A stretch of 57,023 bases of DNA, the filler included, from Platydemus manokwari (lineage: Eukaryota), in assembly GCA_037951405.1 (NCBI GenBank). It is 5 parts of 5 records of this genome, joined end to end, with 100 filler letters (N's around TTAATTAATTAA, not from the genome) between each part and the next. Parts side by side here need not be neighbours in the genome. Positions count along the whole stretch, not along the records: positions 1 to 14,668 come from JBBMOY011419200.1; positions 14,769 to 27,932 come from JBBMOY011813612.1; 3 more parts are not named here. One strand, 5' to 3'. The notes beneath the pieces are model-generated. The model did not search any database and was not told where the DNA came from. It saw only the letters and a list, made by a program, of their open reading frames with translations. Position numbers and translations under genes: made by a program. Positions 13,701 through 24,499 of this stretch are shown piece after piece. Each line of letters starts with the position of its first letter. Positions within the stretch are counted from its first letter, which is position 1.

Positions 13701-14668
13701 AACAAATGAAATATAATGCCGAAAAATCTTAGCACCCATTCCTTGAATAGTAGCACTAATAGTAGCACTTCATTATAAATAGCATTTCTAAACTCATAAT
13801 CAAAATGTAAATCAAAAACAAAATACACACAAGTTAAAATTGATAAATGAAAAAAACATACGCGTATCCATGAACTTAATCGTAAAATAACCGCACGTCA
13901 AAAATCATAACAACTGAAATTTTGTTAATACACCTTACACATAAATCAATCTCAACAACGGTATAAATACTTGAGTATTTGCGAAAAATTAAGTATCATC
14001 TCAAACAACAAAAGTTTCAGTACATATTCAGCTTAAATTTATTCCGAATAATTTAGCACGTTTCTAGAATATCATCTCAATTTCTTGAATTGTTACAAAT
14101 CTTATTTTTTTAGAAATTTTTATTCAACTTTTGAAAAAAACTTCCTGATATTAACCTATATGATGACATTTTGTTCCCATAATAACAGTAACCAATCCCT
14201 GGCATTCTATTCCATTTAATATTCCCACAGATGTTTCTATACCCATGAATTTATCTTAAGCATACATGTGACGTTATTCTTACCATTGACATAACATCAA
14301 CTATCGAATAAATCCATTATAATGAAACGCATCGGGAGGAAGTTATTTATTTATCGATTTCATCGAAGAAACTGTTTAATAATTTTAATTTATTTTTATT
14401 ATATTAAAAATTTGCCTAATCCAAAATTTTTAGAATTCATGGTAATTTATAAAAATTTGCTCTTATCTCCATTAACCATCTTAAAATAATGATTCCTTTT
14501 CTGATTCAAACGAATAAAATCAAAATGATGAACTATTATTATCAGTGGTAACTACCTCATTTAAATTTTGAGATTCGTTAGAATTATTCACTTAAAAGTT
14601 TTCCGTAATATTTATAATTCAAAATAAATTAAACATTTTTCAACAATTTAAAATATTCCTCAAGAGAG

Positions 14669-14768
14669 NNNNNNNNNNNNNNNNNNNNNNNNNNNNNNNN
14701 NNNNNNNNNNNNTTAATTAATTAANNNNNNNNNNNNNNNNNNNNNNNNNNNNNNNNNNNNNNNNNNNN
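14669..14768. other. Artificial assembly linker/gap
   Basis: N44 + TTAATTAATTAA (stops in all six frames) + N44. Confidence 0.97.
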
Positions 14769-16289
14769 AATAAATTTATGTGTGTTATTCGTGTAAAGAA
14801 ATGTTAGTAAGAAAATATAAAATATACAAATTATAATATCATAATAATGATTTATTTGCTAACAGAATTATAATAAGTAAATTAATAGGCAGGGATATTA
14901 TTTAGTTTAACCCGAGAAAATAATAACCAGAGTGACCTGAATTGAATTAAAAATGCATTAATAGATAAAATAATAAAATTATCTTAATAAATGAATACAG
15001 TGGATATTTTTAATAGAAATTATAAATTTTCGACTTTTATCTGAGATAACCTTCACGTCGTCTGAGAGGAAATTTCGAACTTTGTTACCAGAGTTGTCTT
15101 GTAATTAATTGTATTCTTAATTATATATTTAATTGTAATCTAATAGCCTTGCAAGTAGCGATGGTAAAATGTTCCTTTGATCAATATTAATTATTTAAAC
15201 TAATAAGCCCTCTTGAGTTTATTATGAAAATGATATCTACCAATAAAAAGTATGCATTATGTTGATTTTTATTTAACAATAAAACAATTTAAATCGATAT
15301 TAAGTAAGATATTTGCTTTCATTTCTTTAACATTTTGAATATTTTTTTATAAAAATGAATTTCCTCCACTAAATATAAGTTTATAATTATCGAAAACAAC
15401 AGAGATTCCGCTTTTTAAGTTTACAGAAAATTTAAGCAAATATAATTTTCCTTTTATAAAATGTGAGAATTGTATTTCAATCAATATCAGCGATTAGATA
15501 ATATTTATATTAAATGGTAATTTTTATATTCTTTTAAAATCATTTAGTAAAAATTTATGAGTATTTTAAAAATTATTTTCCATAAAGCATAAAAAAATTT
15601 AATTATTTGAAAAATATGAAAGTTTGTTATTGAAAAATTTATTTGTGAATTAAAGAAATAATGGGCCTAACGGAACAGATCGAGTATGCAGTGAATGATA
15701 AAAAACAAACAATGGCTTTTATAAATAGAGAGATCGTTGTTAAATTATAACTAAAAACCGTCATAGAAAATATTAGTGGTCATCATTTTTTGATATTTAA
15801 ACTTATAAATTTCGGAATAAAAAAATTATATTTAAAAATGAATTTCTTGAATAATAATTTGAGTTTTATTTTGATTTTAATTATTATGGACAAGAAGTTT
15901 TAGATTTATAAATAGAATACCAACAAATATGTAAATGAACATTGATATTTGATCCCAATCCAAAATAATGAATACTCTTTAATAATATATAATTTGAAGT
16001 ACAGAAATTACAAAATAATATTACAATTTAAATAGAGAACATGACTAAAATAATTATAATTCAAATGAAACAATTACTGTGTGTTTTAAAACGTGATTTA
16101 TACAAGATTCTATTGTTACTATGAAAAAAATGGTGATTATCCAATTATTTCGCAGTAAGAGCCCTTCTTGTTGAATAAGTTACCGAAGACTGGGCTATAT
16201 GTGGCAACTATCCCTCTGGTTGAGATACATTCACATTATTAAGCTAGGTTTAAATATTTTTTATTGAGTTATCATTTAAAAAACTTGTT

Positions 16290-17035
16290 TTTGTTAACTC
16301 ATTTTGGAAAAATCAACACAATATTTTTTCTCATTTACATCTATCAATCTGTAGGCTATAGATTTAGTTTAATAAATAGTTCTTTTGAATATTTTGTAGT
16401 TTAACTTTTTTCAAATTTATTTTTGGATTTAAAAATTCTTAGTCAATCTGAAACTTTAAATTTCGGTTTAGCATTTAAATTATTATTAAAATTATTACAT
16501 TCTTCAATTTTTCTTTAATTATTTCAGGGTTTTTGCTTGCTTCAATTAGAGTAACACTAATATCCTAATGAACCTTATTATTATATTTATAAATAAATAA
16601 ATTATTATCCCATTCAAAATTTCCAACAGCTGTAAAATGTTTCCACATTATGTTTTTCAATGTTCTAATAAGTCTTTCAGCAATACAGCTTCTCTTTCAT
16701 TTTCAGTATGATATAAAATAATATTGTTTTCAGCACAAAATTTTTTAAAAGATTTACTCGTAATTCTAAATTTTTTATCAAACCAAATATAAAAATGTAT
16801 TTTAGAATTCTTTTTCCAGTTTAAAAAAACTTTCAAAGATTTCAACTAAAGTTTCTTGTTTTTTATTCTTCAAAAAATACACAAACTACATCTTGCATAT
16901 AAATCAATAACAACTAAAAAATATATAAATCCTTCTGTCGATTTGTTAGGTATTACAAATAAATCTGCACTATGAGTATTGCCCTTAAAAATTTTTTAAC
17001 ATTTAAAATTTTCTTAGATTTTTTAATGTTCATGA
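16290..17035 (-). mobile_element. Polinton/Maverick retroviral-like integrase pseudogene
   Basis: Minus strand reads HSADLF...YFLVVIDLYAR...LKNKK, IWFDK...FKKFCAENNIILYHTENE, AERLIRTLKNIMWKHFTAVG..W, YNNKVH, KPKFKVSD*LRIFKSKNKFEKS*TTKYSKELF. This gives the D-D-E core plus the typical Maverick integrase C-terminus. Confidence 0.85.
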
Positions 17036-17061
17036 TATAGACAAAATTTACATGAAAAAAT

Positions 17062-17325
17062 TTTGAAAAACTTTCAGAAACCACTACTATATAATTTCAA
17101 GATAAACTAGATTAGAAAGCCTTTTCAGAATATCAAAAATTATCTGAAGATTTTAAGCGAAAATTTCAAGATGAAGTGAATTGAAAATTTATTTCACAAG
17201 GTCAATAATTATCTGAAAATTTTATCCGTGAATTTCAAGAAAAAGTTTATTGAAAGCTATTTCAGAATATCAAAAATTATTTCAAAATTTTTTCCGATAA
17301 TTTCAAAGTTAAAATAGATTGTTAA
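17062..17325 (+). pseudogene. Decayed 23-aa 'tryptophan repeat' gene (LSExFIREFQDKVxW-type), about 4 units
   Basis: 69-bp periodicity: FQDKLD*KAFSEYQKLSEDFKRK / FQDEVN*KFISQGQ*LSENFIRE / FQEKVY*. The Trp positions fall at 17113, 17182, 17251 and 17320. Confidence 0.7.
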
Positions 17326-17403
17326 ATGAGTTTCATGCTATAAAAATATTTTTATTTTTCAATTTTTATATCTAAAAATTACCATTGTTTTGAGAAATAG
17401 TAA

Positions 17404-17884
17404 TGTTGAGTGAGATAAAATTCTGCAAAAAGAAAAATGAAATTAGACCTTGGAACCATTGTTTTGGCAAATTTGAACATTTACATGTCTGCACGACCAT
17501 ACAGGTATGCCAATCAGCCAATTTCAACAAAACTAGCTAGCAAATTACAATCGGGAATAAGGGACATAACTACACAGAACACACATCTAGGGATTGACAA
17601 ATCCCATTCATGTAAAACCTAAATACCCAGTAAGAACACAGAAAGGCAAACACTAAATCACGTTGTAGTATATGATGACACAGAAAGATGCAATAAAAAG
17701 CAAGGTAAAGATAGACAACTGCCAATTGGAAGCCAAATTTGGTGGAATTATTGAGCACACATCGATTGTCGAGATTTTTGTTTGAGTTTTGTATATTGAT
17801 TTGTCGAATTTTGTCAGTGTGTTTTGTATATTGATTAATATACCTTCGAGGAGTTAGAGTTTGATATTGGTTAATACCCCAACA
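17404..17884 (+). mobile_element. Probable solo LTR inserted in the Polinton remnant
   Basis: 481 bp bounded by TGTTG...CAACA. Flanks GTAA/ATAA (imperfect 4-bp TSD). Higher GC than its flanks, with an internal AATAAA and a T/G-rich 3' part. Confidence 0.5.
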
Positions 17885-17889
17885 ATAAC

Positions 17890-19140
17890 AAAATTTAATA
17901 ATCGTCCCATTATTCCTTCATCTTTAAGGATGTAAATTATTGTATGTCCAGGATGTGATAAAACTCAATTACTTTTTCAAATGTTATTAACAGCAGGATT
18001 TTTAGATTATGATAATTTAATAATATTCGTAAAAGCTGTTTATCAAGCAGAATATCAAGTTTTAAATCATGCATTTATCAGAATTAATTATAATAAAAAT
18101 AATTGAAGAACACGATTGATTTCATAAAGATTTAACTATTGTAAATTTAAACATGAATTTAAAAGGTTTATATATCATTAATCCATCAGCTATAACAGTA
18201 ACTAATTTAAATCAATCCAAATATGTTATTTTTGAATTCTAACAAGTCTGAAATCCAAGAGAGTTTGTAATAGTTTCTTAAGATATGAAATTGAAATTGA
18301 ATTAAAAAGGAATAAAAATGCTGCCTCGCAGAATAAAATCATTATATATCTTTAGAAAATATTTTCTTCCTACTTTATTTTACTCCATGAGATTAACAAT
18401 GGAAACTTATGAAATTGAAAATATTACAAATATTGGGGAAATATCTTGCATGTTAAATTTTATATTATAAGATAAATCTAATGAAAAAACTGTTGGAATA
18501 ACATCATGAATTCTAAAATCATATATAAAGCCATTGTGAAAATAAGATAGAAATATATTCTTCACGTGCAGCTCCTCTATAATTATTTTCTTTAAGATCA
18601 TGATCTCTAACTTTTATATCTGGTTCCATGATTAGACGCGCATAATGCCAGCTAATAAATGAAAGATTTATTTCTTCGATTAATATATTTTTACAATAAA
18701 TACAATTAATTGAATTACTGAAATCATTTTCATGTTCTTCAGTCATATTAACTCCAAATTTTGTTTTTAGTTTTAATTTAAATCTACTTTCATTATTTAT
18801 TATCTATTGAACAAATTCTTTCACACAATTTTCTCCTTAAAATAATTTGCTTTTATTTTCAATTAGATCTGGATATCTTAAAATTAATTTTAAATACAGG
18901 AAGGGTTTTGATTACATAAAACCTTTGTTGCTTTACATTTTAATTTATTGTTTTCTATATTAACATATTTTGGTATTTAATGTTTATAGTTTTTAAATTT
19001 TAAAATATTATTTTGTTTACTTAGCACTACTATTCCTGTTATATCCTTACCATCTTTATCACATACTTGTTGATGATTAATAAAACTATTTTCTTTAACA
19101 AAATATGAATAACATTCATCGCAAATATTCAATTTTTCTT
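17890..19140 (-). mobile_element. Polinton/Maverick protein-primed PolB N-terminal region pseudogene
   Basis: Minus strand reads ICDECYSYF...HQQVC...ILKFKNY (~19130-18985), MTEEHENDF..SINCIYCK...KVRDHDLKENNYRGAA (18746-18567) and FHNGFIYD (ExoII-like, ~18540). This matches the motif order of Polinton pPolB N-termini. Confidence 0.75.
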
Positions 19141-19500
19141 CACGACAGTGGATCCATCAATGCCGAGGGATATCTAAAATTCCGGCAGAATATGATTTTA
19201 TACTTTCTAAAAAGACTATCTGCTTGGGAAATGATAATGCAGCATGACAATCCCAGATCTCATGCAGCACAGTTAATTTGACTTTGGCTTGAAGAACATC
19301 GCGTGACTCTATTAAAGCAGCCGGCCTACTCATCTGATACAAACCTCATGGATCGCCTTAGCTTCAGAAACTACAAGTGCTACTTTACTACTAGTGAAAC
19401 TTTACTAATTCAGTAGAGATGAGCAACGATTTTCGATAATATTTGGAGTCAACATGTGAGGCCAAGCTTACAAGCGAGTTTCAAATTTTTACAAGTCAAC
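19141..19500 (+). mobile_element. Tc1/mariner transposase fragment
   Basis: SINAEGYLKF...MQHDNPRSHAAQLI*LWLEEHRVTLLKQPAYSSDTNLMD (HDNARPH and YSPDL motifs). Confidence 0.8.
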
Positions 19501-19789
19501 TTCAAAATGTCATTTAATCTGGTAGAGACTCTGTTTAGAACCTGTTATGCTTTGCTAACACTTTCACAAACTAATTTCACATGGGATTTTATCAAGTAAA
19601 TGTGTTAATTTGTATTTTTGTAAATTTTGATAAGATTTCATTGATGAAGAAAAACAAAATATTTTTTGCCGGTAAAGTTTTAGAAATCATTAAATTCTTC
19701 TTCACTCTAAAACATATCTTCTGTTTCCAAGTGCTGATTAAACAGCTTTGTAGAATATTATTCAAATTCATTATCTTTGTCTGAGGAAT

Positions 19790-19980
19790 CAATTTGGGTG
19801 AAAATAACAACATCCTCAGAACCGTTCAAGACATTACTAATACTTGTTTACTTAAATGATTTGATAATAACATCTTTCTTGTTGGTATTCTATGAAGTTT
19901 TCACCAATTGGCAGAGTTGTGAGATTGTAGACTTCTTGTAGACAACAGGCCTAATTGAATTAAGTTTGAATCCTAAATAA
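19790..19980 (-). mobile_element. pogo-like transposase C-terminal fragment
   Basis: Minus strand KKSTISQLCQLVKTS*...IIKSFK*TSISNVLNGSED resembles the pogo C-terminus IxKSFKKxGIS..DGSED. Confidence 0.5.
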
Positions 19981-22900
19981 AACCAAATAATCGTCAAGTA
20001 ATCTTTGGTGTATTACAAAAATCAATAGAAAATAACGTAAGGCATACGTCAATATCAAAATTTATTTCATTTTTTCAAAATCAGCAACGAGTTCAGACCC
20101 TAGTACCAAAGCGATCATTAATAACTAGTTAATTAACTTTTTTTGAGAAATTTAAATTTTAATAATATACTACAGTGTTGTATTTTTAATGATTTTGACA
20201 TTTGAGTGTTTATATTTATGATAGTTATATGGCAACATTTATCAGATGGCGAAATACTGCAATCATTATGACTAAAAGAACTATAAATTATTTTATCTAT
20301 TAGAAATTACTTCATGGTTGTTCTTTAAATTTCCCTCTAATAATTTCGATATTGTGCGAGTAATGAAAAGATGTAAGTAGAACCACAGTCTTTCTGATTT
20401 TAAAGTTTTATCCTTTATTCTCTAATATCTAGAAAAGTCCTTCTTCATAATATTTCTTTCACTGTTTCTTCACTATATTTGGTCAAATGAATTTATATAT
20501 TTTCCTATCATTTAAATTCTGGTAACTAAATCTCAAATTTTGACATGATAGATATCACTGGACTTTACCTATTTTATTTAGTTATTATTTGTATTCAACA
20601 AACCCAAACAGTCTTGAATAAAAAATTAAATTCAAATCTTTATACTTATATTTAGTTTTTTTTCGACGAAATTTTATATATAAGAAAATGCTAGTACGAC
20701 TAAAAAATCTTTATACAAGTGACTTAACCAGCAAAAATGGAGTTAATTTGTTGATCACGGACAAAATTTGCAAAAAACTTGGAACCTTTAATTGAGCAAT
20801 TCAGATATTTACCAATAAATCTCAAGTATAAATACAAATGTTAAGATATAATTTTCGAGGTGTTTTGTAGAGCTGCTTGTAACTTACTGATCAGTACGTG
20901 TTATCGACATTACAGATTGCAAACATCGATTTTTTAAATCCCGTAATTTCCATAATACCAATACAATTGCCAGTTTCAATTGTGTTGTGGAAGGAATTTT
21001 ATTGTTACACTTATTTGCAACAAATTATTATAATTTATTCTATTATTTCTGATTTCAAACATCTGCAACATGTCTCCACATTATTATTTACTATATTCTT
21101 TCTATTTATTTTCAAAGCGATATAAAATATTATTTTTATAGTATATGCGCATCTTAAAACATCTGCCTGAAATGAAATGAGCTTTTTTATAAATGATCTA
21201 CTTGACCGGTTTCAAAATAATCTTCGAAATCTTCAACCAAACTTTTCCGTTTTATCTTCCGCAGGAATAAATAAAAATTATTTTTATCAAATTTATCAGA
21301 TTTTAACTGCAATTAAATTTATTAATATTTTTACCTTTTAAAATTTCTGAATTATACTATCATAATATAAATAACCAAGTAGATCTTCTTACTTATGATG
21401 TACTTTTATAAATATTATATTTGTTTTACTTTCATTAGAATTTCAAAATATTTCCTTTATTGCTAATTTTTTAGATTTGGAGTTGTATTAAAAACTACAT
21501 GCAAATAAATTCAGGAAACTATCAAAAGCATTCTGCAGTATTATTTTAATAAAATGAATTTACAAATAATTATATAATAATTGATACAATTGAAAAATAA
21601 TTATTTAATGCTTTCCGTAACATTCTCACTCTACTACATTCTTTCCATTTGGAAATGAATGATGAACATAACTGTGTCACGTATTGAGACTGATTTATAA
21701 GTGCAATCGAAAATATATTATAAAGTACAATATTTATGATAATACTTAATCGATCGTTAATTACTCGATTGGTTACGGTTAAAATAGTCCCATGTGTTAC
21801 TTTTCCAATTATTATTATTAAAATCACAATAATTTATATGAATAAGATTGCTTTTAGTGCTTGTAATTAAATTTATAAGTTTTATTTATTATATAAATAC
21901 ATTTTTATTCAAGCTCGTTTAATTTACATCCAAGATTTTAGGAATATAAATGCATCAAATTATTAAGCAGTCTCAATAATCTATATACAAACCCAAATAA
22001 AAATCTCTTCGATTTACAGTACACCTATTCAACGTGATTATCATCACAGTAACGATATTTCCGATAATATAATCCAGCTAAATTATAACAAGTGATTTAT
22101 ATTTTTATTCTTTAGAAGAAATTAGCAACCCAGCCTTTTTATGAAATAATTAATTCACAACCATTTACAAGTTTTATTAATTGAGGAAGTTTAAAGCGTT
22201 TGAATACTTATGTCACAGATGCCTTAAAAACTTAATTTTGACCCAGGGATTTTAGTAAAGGTATTATTAATTATAGATGACATTATGTCGTATCTTTCTT
22301 TTTCATATATATGTTTTATTTACAACAATATCTTATGTGCTCAAGATTTTAAGATTGATTATCTTGAGATTCGATTTAGTTCAATCCCTTAAGAAATTCA
22401 ATGCATTTGTTGATTGTTTGTTTTCGTATTATATTAAAGATAGCGATAATATCATGTATAAATATGTTTATACATAAATGATTGTATGGTTATCACTGTA
22501 AGCGTCTGTTATTTTATAAAACTTGCATTGAAAACGATTATGAAAGTCATAAAATTTGAATTATGTGTTTAAATTTATAAATACATTTAAGATTCCTACA
22601 ATCATTCTGACTGGATAATAATACTAATATAATTACATTACTTTATGTGATGACTTTTATGTGATTACTTTATTCGTTTGTGAAATAATAATGAGTCCCC
22701 ATTATCCAACAAAATAAGGATATTTAGAAATTCCTAATTTTCTTCCCTTCACTCTTTCTATTAGATCATATCAATGGTACTCATTTTAGTTTTATAACAG
22801 TATATCTTTTGTATATTATAACAATAAATTAATTATTATTAAAAATGTATCATCAATGAAGTCGCTTTAAAAATATTAAATGAACCAAGTATATTAATTT

Positions 22901-23180
22901 ACTGTTTCGAGTATACTTAAAATTTATTAATGCAAATATTTTTGAAGTAAATTTAAATTAGCTTGTAATTTCTTAATGAACAGTATTCATAGATCCTTTA
23001 AAATTTCATTCATTACTTGAGATAATTAAAGAAAATCATTTAATGTTACCAAACAATTTTGTTGAATAAAGCACAATTACAAACAACATGATGATCGAAT
23101 AACAAACCACAGAAACTAAGCTATTTAAATAAATGAATCGATTTATTTAAAAACCCTTTGCATTCACGAATAATACAATT

Positions 23181-24056
23181 CTAAATACACGTTACTGGTT
23201 CAATTGAATTATTTCGCTTGAAAATCTTTCGTTTCAAAAATCTGTTATTAATAATAAAAATGACTCCGTTTGATAAAACATTGATGGTGCATAAGAATCG
23301 ATAAACCATTGGAAAATATGACCATGGATTTATCAAATTACAGAAATGAGGTATAAATGTTGAAGTATACAAAACGCTTGTCAAGAATGATGTGAGACTA
23401 ACTTTCATCACCATTTTTATATTTCGTGTCACATTGCTAATTGGTGATTTGTAAATTTTAAAGATGAAAATACAAATCAACACAATATAAGCCAATAGAT
23501 TTGTTATCATCAACATGTAGAGTGTCGATAAATAATAGATGTGAAAAATATTGAATAAATTCATTCGAATAATATTTGACAATAATGCAGGAAATATGAT
23601 AAAAATTTTGTGACCCACTTCCATTGGTAATATTATACCAAAAACTAATGAAATATAAATTTTAATAACGAGAGATTTATTCCACCTTGTCGTCAAAGGT
23701 TTCAATAGAGCCACGAGTCTATCAATCGCTAATAAATTATATATTACAAATTCGGAGAGAAGTAAGCAATTATTTATTCCAGATAATATTATTTGAATTA
23801 CTTCACGGTTAAATATAATGAAAATTAACCGCATCCACAAAAACACGCAAGCCATGAAATCCGCAGCTGTCAATATTTTTATTATTATTTCATACGTAAC
23901 TCTTTTTCCTAATACATGAACAGGATATCTATGATATAGCAAAAGCAAATATCCGTTTAAGAATAATCCAATTACATAGATTGGATAATAAACTAATAAA
24001 AAAATAAGTTTTTCTGATTGATTATCGATAGTTTTGGATGTATCTGTTTGATTCAT
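23181..24056 (-). CDS. Intronless orphan rhodopsin-like (class A) GPCR, 291 aa
   Basis: Uninterrupted ORF from ATG 24056. N-terminal sequons NQT and NQS, seven hydrophobic segments, TM1 GLFLN, TM2 LTAAD, TM3 LAIDRLVALLKPL, TM6 FIP, TM7 N..SNGVIF, basic helix 8. Confidence 0.85.
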   Translation of the reverse strand: MNQTDTSKTIDNQSEKLIFLLVYYPIYVIGLFLNGYLLLLYHRYPVHVLGKRVTYEIIIKILTAADFMACVFLWMRLIFIIFNREVIQIILSGINNCLLLSEFVIYNLLAIDRLVALLKPLTTRWNKSLVIKIYISLVFGIILPMEVGHKIFIIFPALLSNIIRMNLFNIFHIYYLSTLYMLMITNLLAYIVLICIFIFKIYKSPISNVTRNIKMVMKVSLTSFLTSVLYTSTFIPHFCNLINPWSYFPMVYRFLCTINVLSNGVIFIINNRFLKRKIFKRNNSIEPVTCI

Positions 24057-24499
24057 TTCAATCAATTTAGACAACAGGTTTTCTTTTTATATCGATGAAT
24101 TTATAATATCAAAAGACTTTTTTATCCAATAAGATAAGCACACAAATTGAAGAGAAGAAAAATCTATATTTTTCAATTGTTGTTATAAAACTGAGTCGAA
24201 ACTCACTATCGGTATTTTGTCAATTTTTAATTATATAAATACAAATCGTAAAATGTTCTTGAATTTATTTGTAAAAAACTTTTATGCAGCAGAATATCGT
24301 AGTTTAAAGACTATTTATAATAACATGTTGTAGATTAGTCATCGACTATTGTTTAAATAATTAAATATAATTAACTCAAACAGAATCTTTCATTACATAA
24401 CAATTGTAATGTATGTTTAAAAAAAACACATTTTTTGCATCAAAATTTATTGTTTCAAAAGTTCCTTTAAATCATTTGCTTTAAAAAAAAATTAATTTT

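Noticed and set aside
17113-17322. TGA=Trp recoding (genetic code 4 origin) of the Trp-repeat gene
   Set aside because: The positions include TAG and TGT as well as TGA, and the adjacent integrase uses TGG for Trp. Ordinary decay explains the pattern.
20900-21085. Cys-rich PHD-finger-like pattern on the minus strand
   Set aside because: It needs several frameshifts and stops to assemble, so it cannot be supported.
3364-24056. Peptide gene and GPCR as a linked ligand-receptor pair
   Set aside because: They are 20 kb apart across an assembly gap. The receptor lacks typical peptide-receptor motifs, and animal ligand/receptor genes are rarely linked.
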